Shown here: in pieces, positions 1 to 14,340 of the stretch
How positions within the stretch are numbered: position 1 is the first letter of the stretch
Layout: every line of letters begins with the position of its first letter
NCBI RefSeq assembly: GCF_009914755.1
Contig: NC_060936.1
From: the human T2T-CHM13v2.0 reference genome, Homo sapiens
Strand: one strand, 5' to 3'
DNA length: 64,000 nucleotides
Translations under genes and position numbers: made by a program
Notes under the pieces: model-generated
Databases searched by the model: none
The model's input: only the letters and a program-made list of their open reading frames with translations
Told to the model about the DNA's origin: nothing

Positions 1-1016
1 GTGGATATATTTAGACTGTCATTATCCCTTTAGTGTTGACTGGATCCTCGTGGTATAAGTTGCCTGCCATTTCTTAGAATTACGTAGTGTGGGGACAGTG
101 CGATGAGAATCTTCTCTCCTCTTCCAGCAGCAAAACTAGTGAAACAAATCTTTATTTCCATGATGTAAACCGAGTACACATCTTCTATTTGTTAGTATTG
201 CTTTCAGAGTTGAGTAGACCTACACATCCAGAATAAAAAATATCCATTAGAATATTCAGTAGACAGATAGTCTTCCAGTCTGTGGCTAAACTAAAACTCT
301 TCCATATGACTGCTGTTGAAGCTCAATTATCTTAACAAAAGACAGAAGCAAGGTTAAACTTGGGCAATGCATTCTCAGATTCAGCATTTCCTCAGGTCAA
401 AAGCTCAGGCCACTTATATAGTTCCTATAAATCAAATATGTCTTCTTTCATAAAAGATGAGCTACTGAGAAATGCATTTTGGATTATGAAACTAATTGTT
501 CACCAACTCCATTGTGATTATTTTGTAAATTTCTTACATCAGCTTCCCCACTAAATCCACCTTTTTTTCCTTTGGACACAAACCATAAAGTAATTATTAG
601 CTAAACCACAAGGAATCTGTAAAGTTTAAATTACTGTTTCAAAGTGTGCAGATCATTGCCAGTAAAGCCACAACTGCAAACTTATTTGCATTCATGAGAT
701 GAAAAGAATGATTGATGTTCATAATGCACCAGGAATAGATGGCTGTGTTTCTATATCCACGTTATTAAAGTCTGCAGTTTGTTGTACACTGTATGCATGA
801 AAATGTCTTCAGTGTCAGTAATGCCTCAGATCATCTGGAAGCTACAGAATAATTATCAAAGGAATAAATTAAATGGATAAAGTATGTAAGTTACAGGATT
901 ATTCTTAAAGTAACTGTTTACTTTTCAAATTCAACTACAACTATAGGAACTCTTTTTAAAATATAAAATGAAATACTAAGTTCTTACTAATATAGTTTTT
1001 TTTAAAAGGTTAACAA

Positions 1017-1625
<609 letters not shown>

Positions 1626-1659
1626 AGGGGAACTTATTAAGATAACAACATGATAAAGA

Positions 1660-1830
1660 CAATTTAGAGTCACATTCGCCTGAATGGGATTCCTGGCTGT
1701 ACCATTTACTCCAGGTGTGAACTTGGGCAAGCTGTGTAAACTCTGAAAGTCTTGGTTTTATTACCCTCAAAATGGGGGTACTGATAATAGTAACTTCAAA
1801 GAATTGTTGGAAGGGGTGAATGATGCTGTT
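1660..1830 (+). mobile_element. MIR SINE whose 3' half seeds the tandem repeat
   Basis: tgtgaacttgggcaag...aaaatgggggtactgataatagtaacttcaaagaattgttggaagg resembles the MIR core. Confidence 0.65.
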
Positions 1831-2121
1831 GGCGTTTGCTTTCTTGGTTTTATTACCCTCAAAATGGCGGTACTGATAATAGTAACTTCAAAGAATTGTT
1901 GGAAGGGGTGAATGATGCTGTTGGCGTTTGCTTTCTTGGTTTTATTACCCTCAAAATGGGGGTACTGATAATAGTAACTTCAAAGAATTGTTGGAAGGGG
2001 TGAATGGCGCTGTTGGCGTTTGCTTTCTTGGTTTTATTACCCTCAAAATGGGGGTACTGGTAATAGTAACTCCAAAGAATTGTTGGAAGGGGTGAATGGC
2101 GCTGTTGGCATTTGCTTTCTT
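1750..2121. repeat. Tandem repeat, 4 x 92 bp, MIR-derived, abutting an ERC1 acceptor
   Basis: TCTTGGTTTTATTACCCTCAAAATGG recurs at 1750, 1842, 1934 and 2026; few substitutions between copies. Confidence 0.95.
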
Positions 2122-2127
2122 TTGCAG

Positions 2128-2272
2128 GCAAGAAGCTCTTCTGGCTGCCATTAGTGAAAAAGACGCCAATATAGCTCTCTTGGAGCTTTCGTCCTCTAAG
2201 AAGAAGACCCAAGAGGAAGTGGCTGCCCTGAAGCGGGAGAAGGATCGTCTGGTACAGCAGCTTAAGCAGCAG
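2128..2272 (+). CDS. ERC1: ERC1 internal coding exon (145 nt, C-terminal coiled-coil region)
   Basis: Acceptor tttgctttcttttgcAG ends 2127; donor CAG|GTATTA at 2272/2273. 1 nt + 48 codons QEALLAAISEKDANIALLELSSSKKKTQEEVAALKREKDRLVQQLKQQ, recognised as ERC1/ELKS; ends in phase 0. Confidence 0.96.
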
Positions 2273-3794
2273 GTATTATTAAATGCCAGCAGGAGGGTCA
2301 GTGGGGCCAGCTTTCACACCATTCTCCACACAGGTCTTTGCCAGCTTGTACTTTAAGGTCTCATGTTTCATATTAGACATCTGATCATTGGAGCTAGTTA
2401 GTTTCCATCATTAGAGACTTTTTATCTCCGCAAATCTGTGTCTAGGAAATGCAGAGCATTCGTGGTAAGAGGGCTGTTTTGGACAATGTCACAGGTCTTC
2501 TATGAGAATGTTTTTTAACTTTGTACAATGGATTGTAGAAATTATTGAAATTAGCCCATTTGACATGAAAAGGCTTTTTTTTTTAAACATCCAGCAAGAT
2601 TTCTATGACAGCAGCCACTAAGGATATTTTCATGAAAAGATTTCCAGTTATTCAGGATTGGGTAAGCTCTGAAGATAAGAACAAAGGTTGGCCCTTTTCT
2701 TTTCCAGCCTAAATGCTCTCAAAATTTAATACTTAATATTCATGTAACACCTTTTGTTTGTGAAAATAAAAGCTAAAAGTTTCCCCTTTGATGATGGTTG
2801 CACAACAGTATGAATGTACCTAATACACAAAACCATCAACTTAAAAATCGTTAAAATGGTAACTTTTATGTTAGACATATTTTACCACAATAAAGAAATG
2901 GAGAAAAACATTTCCCTTGGAAGATAAGGAGAGTGCTGGATGTTTACATCGGAGCCCTGCTTGAACGGCAGTGCTCCTCGTTGAGTGCTCCTGGCTGGGC
3001 GCAGCATCCGCGTCCCAGCCTCCGTGGCTGTCTCCTGCATTCCCAGTCACGTTGTCTGTACATTTTGGCTGCCCAGGTGTGCTCTTTGCCCTCAAGTAAT
3101 GAGACCGAGAAAGAGCTTTTCAAGTAAAGAAATTTATTTTCTTCTATTTTTGGAGGTCAGTCATCAATTGATGGTATTTTGGCATAATGTTTATATTAAC
3201 AAGAATCAATATTTAAACAACAAAGTTATTTTCTCTGTGGATCAAATTAAAACTGCTTAGAAATAGTCTTTATATGTATTTATGTTGCACACTTTGCTGA
3301 GAAAATACCAAAAGATGTCTTTTTTCTGCAGGATGGATAGTTGACCAGCAAAAAGTAACCCATTGCTTATTCACAAGTGAAATAAAACTTTTCCAGGGTC
3401 CTAAAATACTTTTTAGCAAGAAGAGGACATCATCTAATATTTTGACTACCTGTTATGTAAGATAGGAAGAATGTGCTTATTATGAAAGACATCCGTCCAG
3501 TAGTTGAAAACTGAAATTTGGCTCATCAAAGCTGATAATAGCAAATTGGAGGATATTATTGGAGAAAGGAGTTCACTGCTGTGGGAGTTTATATATTCAG
3601 CAATATCACTTATCTTAAGTAGTTAGGCTTGAATACATAGGCCTATGATTTAAGCAGTTCTTGATCTCTTCACTTAAGACACCAAATAGAATTGAATATC
3701 TAGCAGACCAGAATACCATACCTCATTTACAGTGGTTTTTGATTAGTGGCCTCCAAAGAACATATGTTTTCATTATGTGAAAATTAAGGAAATT

Positions 3795-4127
<333 letters not shown>

Positions 4128-5395
4128 TTATAACCTTAGAAGGAAGTAGCTAAACAATTCTCAGTGTCTTTATATCAAACCACATGCCTTGAATTTTCTG
4201 TAGCGATGTGTCCTGTATGAAGAGAAAAATAATAACAGTTCTCAGGAGTCCTTCCTACAGTCATCTCCTGCCTCCCTTTTACATTCCTGCCCTTTCAAAG
4301 CGTATCTGGATGCTGTGAGCAAGAAGGAAGGAGTCTTGCCAAAGGCATTTGATTCTTTAATTCCTCCAAGAGTGTGTACTAACTTTTGGACAAGGGAGAG
4401 GCCTTTTGGAAAGAGGATATGGCATCAATGTTGTTTTAATTTAAAGCTTCTAGTCCATGAATTGCTGGAATGTGCCTCAGTCTAAAGGCTATTTCCTAAC
4501 AGGGAAGCAGTCAGCATTGACCAGGCTTTCCAGCAAATGGAGCTGCCACTGCCTGATAGGCTCTTGGCGTTCACATGTGATTCCTATTGTCAGAAAGAGG
4601 TGAAGCAATGAGGGATATATAGATTTGGGGGTCACCTTCTAATATGGTCCCAATTTACTTACCCCCTCTAACCACCGCCCCCCCACCCCCTACAGGGTAA
4701 CTTGTCTCCTTGACTCATTCATGGCAAAGCAGCACTTGGAGAGGCTGCATCAGAGGAAGGGGCCAGGGCCAGTGAAAAAAATAAACTAAGGCTGTCTAAC
4801 AAACTCCAGATGTTCTGTGGTGGGTGCCAGCCAGTGTGTTCAGACCTTAAGTCATGAAGAAGCCCCACTGTGATTGTCAGGCCCCCGCACGAGATTTAAT
4901 GTAAACTCCGATAGAACCCTGGAAAGCATTAATACAATCTGTTTAGTCACAGCAGTTGTCACAAGATGGCCTTTCTCTCAGCATTGTTTTCTTCTTTTCA
5001 CCTCCAGAATTTTACAACCTCCGTATTGTGTTGGTTGCTGGTGTGAAATCTGGCTCTGCCCCTGTGTGCTCTACACAGATGTGTTATAGGCAGGCTGGGC
5101 TTTTCAGGACAGGCTGGGATTTTTTTTTTTTTTTTTTTTTTCTGTTTTTAAGAGTCAACTATAACAGTATAAAAGTAAAGGCTACAAACTTAAACAGATT
5201 TGGTTTGAATCTGGATAATCTCATTTACAACTACAATTTTGTAATCCTGTGCATTAGAATTAATTGTCACACCATATATTCTTTGATTCCAGTGTTTTGT
5301 AGGCGTGAGGGATACAAAAGCACAGTGCTCGTCTTAAGGGAACTCACAGGCTAATGCATCAAACCCTGGTTGTTCTAGTCATCTGGCAGACATTC

Positions 5396-5757
5396 TGTGT
5401 GTTAGTCCGCTTCCACACTGCTGTAAAGTACTACCTGAGACTGGGTAATGTAAAGACAAGAGGTTTAGCTGACTCACAGATCCACATGGCTGGGGAGGCC
5501 TCGGGAAACTTACAATCATGGCGGAAGGTGAAGGGGAAGCAAGGCACATCTTACATGGTGGCAGGAGAGAGAGCGATCAAGCGAGGAACTGCCACACACT
5601 TTTCAACCATCAGATCTTGTGAGAACTCACTATCTTAACAGCAAAGGGGAGGTCTGCCCCCATGATCCAATCACCTCCCACCAGGCCCCTCCCCTGACAC
5701 ATGGGGATTACAATTCGAGGTGAGATTTGGGTGGGGACGCAGAGCCAAATCGTATCA
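5396..5757 (-). mobile_element. MaLR solo LTR (MST/THE1-like)
   Basis: tgtgttagtcc...ctgagactgggtaat...tgagatttgggtggggac...tatca; flanks cattc/cgttc. Confidence 0.85.
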
Positions 5758-6028
5758 CGTTCTGTAGAAGGTAATCCTGGCCTTGCCAACTTTTTCTGCT
5801 GACAGCTTTAGCAGGTCATCCAAACATTATGTAACTTATTTACCCATTCACTTCAGATTTACCTCACAGAGTTGGTGTGAAATTCAATAAGATAGCACAC
5901 CTGAAGCGCTTAGAGTCCCCCCTTCCATTCCCTGTCACTGATAGCCCTGTTCGTGGTCAGAACTGTGCCATAGGTGACACACAGTACATTGAGGGAGGGG
6001 TAGTCTCAGTAAGCATGGCTCTTGTTCC

Positions 6029-6332
6029 TTTTTTTTTTTTTTTTTTTTTTGAGGTGGAGTTTTGCTCTGTTCCCCAGGCTGGAGTGCAGTGGTGCGATCT
6101 CGGCTCACTGCAACCTCCACCTCCTAGGTTGAAGCAATTCTCTGCCTCAGCCTCCCGAGTAGCTGGGATTATGGGTGCCCGCCACCGCGCCCGGCTAATT
6201 TTTTGTATTTTTAGTAGAGACGGGGTTTCACCAGCTTGGCCAGGCTGATCTTGAGCTCCAGACCTCGTGATCCACCTGTGTTTGCCTCCCAAAGTGCTGG
6301 GATTACAGGCGTGAGCCACCGTGCCCGGCCTG
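6029..6332 (-). mobile_element. Alu (AluS-like)
   Basis: Poly-T followed by reverse Alu body. Confidence 0.93.
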
Positions 6333-9300
6333 GCTCTACTTCTTGGTTGTCTCTAGCCACTTTATTTAAATGTGCAGACTCACGCAGTGTTCAGAATTAC
6401 ACAACCAGCACATGGCGTTCCACTCCTCTGAGGAAGAACGTATTTCTCAGGGCAGTTAGGAAAAAGAGGTAGAGGTACTTTTTATCCTTTCTTTTTTCCA
6501 CCTGTTCTTTTTAATGATATGACTCTCATATAGAATTTTTAAAAAATAATTCTAAATTCTAATATGTCTTTCTTAAATCTTACATTTTCGTCACTGAAGA
6601 ACATTTAAATGCCCGTCTGGCTGAAGTCCTCAACATTAGGAAAATGTCAACTCCCAAGCTACATCCCATCTCACTCGCCTTCGAGTTCTGTGATTTTCCA
6701 CATGTTACCTCCCGTTCTGGGTATCCCCGACTAGTATAACTTTTCAGAATTCTGTGAAAATAGAGCAGTGACAATAATGGCCACCACGTGCCACTTGACT
6801 GTCGTGCGCAGGGCACAGGGGCTTTACATCACCGGGTCTTCCCCACAGCTCTGGAGAGTGTCTTCATTATTTGGGGAAGCGCTTCAGACCCAAAAAGGAT
6901 AAAACTGTGGCTAAATTTCCATGAAGAAGACTAAGCGGTGGAGCTAGAATTAGAACTGATTCTCTTCTCACTGTCACCATCTTTTGTGAAGATTCCAGAT
7001 GGTTGGTAATCAGATTGTATTAGAATTAGAATAATACAAACAATGCTATTTTATGTTTTTATGATACTCATTTGTTCCCTGAGACACAGAAAAGGGGATC
7101 TATTTATACGCCAGCCCTTCCCCTCTCCATCCGTAAAGAACCAGAAACAAAAAAGAAACGGTGCGATTTGTTTCCCTTTTCACTGTTCCAGGCTGAGCAT
7201 CACCTTTCGGTACACGCGGTCTTTCTCCCGTCATCCCAGCACTACTTCCTTGAGATGAGATGACATCAGGTGATCCCGTTGGTCTTGAGAATGATCCCAT
7301 ATTCTTCAGTCAAGCATTTTCATACAGTAGTTTTCTACTGTGTTATGTGTATTTTACTTGCTTAATCCTCCAAAGACCGCTTTATTTCCCTAATCACTAA
7401 GTTCTTGATGGGAAGAGTATTTCACCGTTGCCCCAAGTACTTTCAGTAGGTGTGGTATGAAAAAATACCTGAATCAAGTGAATAATATTTTGAGTAACTG
7501 TCTTTTATTAACTTCCGTCCACTCTCTAGTGAACAGTTTTCAGTCTCTCTTGTGGCACTGCCTATGATACCTTTGCTCTTGTTGTTTCATCGGTAAAGCT
7601 GAGTACTTTGACATTCACTGATTAGGTTGGGAAAACCAGCCTATGCTTTGAATTGGCCGTTTCTGCAATCTAGCAGACATTCTAGCACACATTCACTCAT
7701 CTGTGAACCTGCATTTGTACATGCTTTCACACTTCCCCATCCCTATTAGAATGCCAGTTACCATGATAACACGATTCAATGCTCTGTCCACATATCCCAC
7801 TCAGAAACAATTTGTCCTATAATATGGACTTGCTATCTTTCAATTCATTTATTTAGGGTTATTTTACTCCTTTGTTGTTAGCGAAAAGAAAATGTATATA
7901 GGTTAATGCCTTTCTTATTTTGACTTTAACCTTTTTTCTCACATGATGTAGAGCTGGCCATTGGCCCACCTTTAAATGGCTGTATATCATCTATCTTTTC
8001 CTCCTCGTGGAAAAGGCTACTGTCTATTATAGAAGCATGGTGTACTAATTATGAAGTTGCGGTTGAAAAGACACTTTATCATCACTCTAGCCACTTGGAA
8101 CTTTCCAAATAAATCATTATTTGGACTAAAATTTCCCAGTCTTGTTTATAGTACAAAGGTGAATACCTTTTTGAAGGTTCAGTAAACTCTCTTTGTTAGG
8201 AACTGAGGGTTATGACAACAATAAAATATCTGTTTCAGCTTTCAGTTTTGGTGGACATGTTCTTTGATCACAGCTTTTATGAGAGAAAATGCAGTTTTAT
8301 TATTAATTCTTCTCTAGCCAAACTCAAATCATTTTACTGGTTTGAAATGTGTCGTCTTTACCTATCTCAAAGTTTTGAGTAAAGAATATAAATATATTGT
8401 TTTGTATATGAAAAATGTGATTTGTTCTCATTTACTAAAATTTGGGAAGAACTGGCTTAACATTGATCTGAAGAATGTAGGGGTCAGATACTTTTTTAAG
8501 AAAAGGCTCAAATTTGATTTTCAAATTCTTAGCCCAGGGCCCTGACCGCTCCCCGTTGGAGCAATATTTAGGACCGCCAAGTTGGAGACAGTAAATAATT
8601 GATTCTTACATGTCAGACTGATTGTCGGCTCTCTGCAGTATACATGAGTTGTTTTTGAACGAAGCTAAAATCTTGTGAAGACGTACTAATAATCTAATAT
8701 GAACCCAGTTAGATGAAAATCACCTTTTGGGACTTATTCTGTTCTATGAGAAAAAAATTATACGAAAAATTCTCCTAACTAGCCAAGAAAATAGACCTGT
8801 CTGTAGTCTACTTAGTGATTTAAAGCCTTTTCCTTAGACATGAAATCCATGATGGAAGCTTGTTGCCAATAAGAATAATGGAGAATCAACCTTTAAAGCC
8901 ACATACATGATGTAGAATTTCAAGTTGCCATTATTCTGTATTGTAATGGTCAGCCAGAGAGACATGTGTCTAGTCAGTTTTATTAACTACTTTCTACAGC
9001 AGTCCTCCCTTCCTTTTCTCTGTCCTATTTTCTGAACCAACAGAGGACTAAATTTTCTTACGGAGTCAGGAAGTTAAGACTTAAAATTTAAGGAATATGA
9101 GGGTAGAGTGTACCTTGTTGACTTACATTATTGCATCTGAACCTTCAGATGACATCCTGAAATAAATTGCATAGTTAGGGTATTTTATACCTATGATTCC
9201 CATTAGGGACTTCATGGTTTTGACAAATACACTATCAAAGGGAAGCACATCACAAAGAACACTACTTGCAGGTCAAATATTGACGAATTTAGGGAATATA

Positions 9301-9479
9301 TTGTGTGATATTTTGGTCTAATTTTTCACTTTCAGTTTGTTGCTGTAATACACATAGGGAATTTTTAAAATATATGTATTTTAGATTTATGCTGTATTTG
9401 TAAATTCCCATAAATACATAAAAGGACCGTGCTAAGCTGTCTTTGGGGTGGCCACACTAGTGTATTTTCCTCTCACGTT

Positions 9480-10230
9480 TTACCATAAGCAGCAAGAAGA
9501 AACCAGGCCCCCACCTTCAGCACTTTAACTGGAAATCTACTTAGCTAGATCTCTGAGTTCATTCAGTACATTCTCCACTTTCTACACAACTGTAGGTGAC
9601 ATTGTTGCTAAAGTTCTGGTACTGCATATCAAGGATCCCAGTAACAAGTTCCTTGCTTCCCTTGAAGATCCAGTGGCAGCCTCCTAAAAGCCCCTATTTC
9701 AGTGAACAGCCAATTCAGGGCACTTGAGGTTTGCACTAGTCTCTCCTCAGAATCTTTCCAGGTCTTCCAGTTTCCGCCCACTACCCAGCTCCAAAGCCAC
9801 ACCGGCGTTTGAAGTTTTTGTTACAGTGTTACCCCATTCCCAGTTATGCCAAAATCTATTAGTTATCTACTACTGCATAAAAATTACCCTTAACTGAGTG
9901 GCTTAAAGTAGTAATTATTGTCTCACACAGTGACTGAGGGTCAGGAATTTGCAGGCAGCTTAGCAGGTGGTTCTGACCCGGGGTCCTCTGTAGGGTTACT
10001 TAGGACACGAGAGCCAGCTTCTCCAGAAGTGACCCGAGAGAGGAAGAGAGCAACCAAAATGGAATTTGCAGTGTCTTCCATAACTGAATCTCAGAAGTGA
10101 CATACCATCACTTCTGCCTTATTCTGTTCACACAGACCAACCCTTATATAGTATAGGAGGGGACAGCACAGTGATGCGAATACCTGGAGACAGAGATCCT
10201 TGCAAGCCATCCTGAAGGCTGACTACCACA
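9480..10230. mobile_element. Old MaLR LTR fragments (MLT1-like, probably two adjacent)
   Basis: ttagttatctactactgcataaaaattaccc...agtggcttaaa, cagaagtgacataccatcacttctgcc, ends ctaccaca. Confidence 0.6.
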
Positions 10231-11634
10231 GCAAGTGCATGAATAAACAAATTTGGTATGTCCATGCAGTGAAATGCTGCTCAGCAGTAGACAGAAATGA
10301 ACTACAAATACACACAACAGGTTGGATGAATCGCAAAGACACACCGAGCAAAAATGGAGACACAGAAAAGTACATACTGTATGATTCCACCATACTATAC
10401 AGTGTAAGAAAGCAGATCAGACAACAAAGCAGAACTTATTCATCGTTTCTTCCCCTCGTCAGCTCACTTGAGAGGCCTGCAGGGGGAAAGGGACAAGTTC
10501 CATTCTCTTTCACTCCTCTGCCTTCTTCATCTTCTGATGCTGCTTCTCTGGCCAACATTGTTTCCTTTGGGGTGGAGCAGCAGCCAAAAGACGCAAACCT
10601 GACAGCTTTCTGTAATATCACTTGACCCACAGAAAGCGCATGCATCCTCGCCGTGCCAAACGGTGAGAAATAGGCCGCCTCCGATACTTCTGTTTCCGTC
10701 TGCCATCTGTCTCCTTCTCAGATAAGCACAAGGCAAATCAACAAGTCTGATGGAATGAGATGCCAGTCTCCTTGACGTGTACTCACACTCAGTCTTTAGG
10801 AGTGGTTCTCTTTGAGCCCTCTCTGTCTTAGCTAAGGCAAAGGGGACTCTTGTGAATGAACACGTAACTCTCCATGTGGCAAGTCCTTCCGGCAGTAGCA
10901 CTACGCTCACAACAGTCTTAGACAGATGGATGAAGGGCACCTGCTGAGGCAGTGGACTGCTGACAGTAGTGCCTTTTCAGCCACTGGCCACTAAGCTGCC
11001 TTTATACATCTTGGTTGCTTAGCTCTTTTTTGTCACCTGCTTTGGGCCTTGGTCACCAATTCTATAACAACTGGAAAAGCCCATTCATCATACTATTAAA
11101 ACTGTTTTACATTCTAAAAGAAGATAACAATGGTAGGATAAAACAGCAGAGAGCTCCTGAGTTGTTAGTGAATAAAGGGAAAATTAAATAGCAAGTATCG
11201 CAGCAGCTTAAGTGCTGCGGAAACTGTGGAAAGTAAAATGTTGTAAACATCTGTTCATCTCACTTAGTTTAAATCCTCGATAATGAGGCCAGCCTCAGAG
11301 AGCATTTATGTACCCATTTGTTTTATATATGAATCTGTCATCTATAATGCCAGGTGCCTGTTTTATGACTGAGAAGACATTCCTCAAAACACATCTGTGT
11401 TAGGCACTGCCAGGGCCCCTTCACCTTGCCCTTGACGGTGCCTACTTCATATCTGCTGTGCACATCAGCATCAGCCTCCCAGCTGTCCTGCATGATGTTA
11501 TCTCCTTGATGGTGACTGTTGTTTTATCCTAGAAAATGAAAACTTTGGTTAGAATATTCAGAATTTGACAGAAGAATGCAATTCCGAGAAAAACAGAAGA
11601 TTACAGTTCAGTCTATAATAATTCAACGGCCCTT

Positions 11635-11791
11635 ATTTTTTTATTTACTGATTTATTTTTAATAAAGACAGAGACTCACTCTGGTGCCCAGGCTGGAGTG
11701 CGGTGTGCAGTCATAGCTCCTGGCCTCAAGCCATCCTCCCACCTTGACCTCCCAAAGTGCTGAGATTACACACGTGAGCCACCACAGCCGT
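11635..11791 (-). mobile_element. Partial/internally deleted Alu
   Basis: ccaggctggagtg...cccaaagtgctgagattaca; about half length. Confidence 0.8.
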
Positions 11792-13779
11792 CCTCAATGG
11801 CCTCTATTGACTAGTTAAGATAAAAATGTTAATCTTTTAAAAATTATTTTACCTCCTTTCAACCCTAAATTTGTGTATATTAAGTACTCAAATATATATA
11901 CTTCTTCCTCTGAACCATTACAAACACTAAGATCAACTAGATTGTTCCTACTGATGGTATCCAGATTGTTTTGAAAGAAACTAGATGCAAACCCTTTTTC
12001 ATTCACTGTCCTCACTTCTGGAATTGCCTTGCACTTCCTCAGCTCAATCTCCACTTTAAACTTCTCTTCAAGACTCATCATGATAGGTCGGAATTTCCTA
12101 GCCTGAAGTCACTATTTTTCCTTATCGTTAGCAAAGCCATTCTGTGCTTTTTTTCATTCACGTATTCATTTTCCCTTGGCTTAAGTTGAACAAATGAGAA
12201 GAAAGGAGGGAGGGAGGGAGCAGAGAGAAAGAGAAAGAAACTTTTCACTTGGACTAGAGTTGTTAATTGTATTTATTCTTTATGTTAAGCCAGGTTATTC
12301 TTGTTGGTGTGATTATTTGTTCAAATCTAAGAATTCCCGTTCTATAACCATTCCTGTCTTGTTTTCCTGTTTGTATGTATAGCGTGGTACAATAGAAATA
12401 GTAACTGAGTGTCAGGAGACCTGAGCTCTAGATCCAACTCTGTTGATAAATAAGTATATAATCTTGAACGTAATAACACCATCAACGAATATCAAACACT
12501 TCACATTTTACAAAGTACTATTCAGATACTTAATAGCGCCTAACCCTAGGGCTGTATGGGCGAAGCAGATCTCATAAATAAAAGGAGTGAGTGGTTTAAA
12601 GCCACAGCAGAAAAAGAACTGTGAGAAAGTAGGGGCCACATGGTGTTGTCTACAGAGGCAGGCACTTCTAACTCCAGCTCTCGTGACCATGTCAGATGCG
12701 AGCCCTGTGTTATTCAGGCATCCATGTTTCCCTGGAGAATTCAGATTTTTATACAAATCTCTTTATGTCTAAGTGTTGGCAGCTAATGTGTTTTTTATTT
12801 TTATATAAATCAGTCCACAAGGCTGATTTAATTGTGTTTGTTTTAACACAAATAAGGCCACAGGCTGCCTGACTTGCCTCTTCGGGCTTTATCTTCCTCA
12901 CCTATAATATTGGGTGGATAGATCAAATGATTTTAAAGTCTAAAATTCATTATTTTCTGTATTTTGATAAATCAACATATTTACCTGTAGCTGTATCGTC
13001 TGCTAAAGGCTGACATTAAGAGTTTAAAAAGAAGCAAATCAAAAAGCATAAGAAAACGTGTGTAAAGATTGTTTAACTCTGTCTATAGAAATTTGCTTTT
13101 TTTATGAAAGTATTATTTTATTAAAAAATATTGCATTATGAAGATGAAAAAATCTTGGTTTTTTTGAATCCTTCAAAGAAATAGATCATATTTTGATGAA
13201 TTCTGCTTGATTGGAGTTACTAATAAGTAGAAAGTCCAGAGGCTGGGAATGTGGGGAAACCTGGACTCATCCCAGGCTCCTTTCATCCATCTGTTGCATT
13301 TTTTTGTCGTCATTTCCAGATGTAGGAAAATCCCTCACAACAATTTGATAAGACTCTTCCCTTCATTTCCAGCATCAAATCTAACTTGCCTTTCCTATCG
13401 TCAAACTGCTGCCTTTTATGATGCCACAGGGAATTAATTTATAAATCTTCTGTGTTTCCTGATCCCTCTTGAATTGTCTCAACGCAGATAAATCAACCTA
13501 GGTTTCCTGCCCATACGCTGGTGCCCTCCTCTCCCTGTTTCTTCTGTGTCCATCAGGTGGTGTGATTTATAGCTGCCTTTCCTATGCTCATTGACCTTGG
13601 TCTGAGGATCTCATTAAGCATATGTAAAACTAGAAAGATTAGTTTGAGGGTCGTTCCCTCCTCCGTTAAACTTCTCTTGGTGGGAACCAGTCAGACCAAT
13701 ATATTCCAAAAATCTGTTCCTGCTGCCTCTTTTGGTCTCTTTTGAACTAATGTAGATACTCATTAAAAGCAAATGTGAA

Positions 13780-13943
<164 letters not shown>

Positions 13944-14109
13944 GCGAATGTGGAATTAAATGATATTTGCATTCAAGGATAATAGGAGTGGTGTTAAACT
14001 AGAATATTAGCTGTCACTGAGTGCCGTTTTCAGAAGCTGTAATTTACATGACCAAATGTATTATCACATGACTTTCTGGAAAACAGTATTCACGCCATTA
14101 GTCATCTCA

Positions 14110-14340
14110 AGAAAATACTGTTTAACGTTTAGGCAGCTGAGCCCTATTTTGAGTTCTTTATGTGAATTAATTCATTTAATCATCACTACAGCCCTCAGAA
14201 GTGGAGTTATCCTCATTTTACAGAGAGGGAAAGAGGTTAAGTAACTTGCCCTAAGTCCCGTAGCTCATAAGTGGCTGAGCCAGGGCAGGATTCAGAGCCG
14301 ATCATATCACTCCAGAGCTGACACTCCTGATCACTACACC
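14110..14340 (-). mobile_element. MIR
   Basis: cctcattttacagagagggaaagaggttaagtaacttgccc. Confidence 0.7.

Noticed and set aside
1750-2121. CRISPR-like array or repeat-protein ORFs (1859..2212, 1951..2169, minus strand)
   Set aside because: Units are contiguous with no unique spacers, the context is mammalian, and the 92-bp period is not a multiple of 3.
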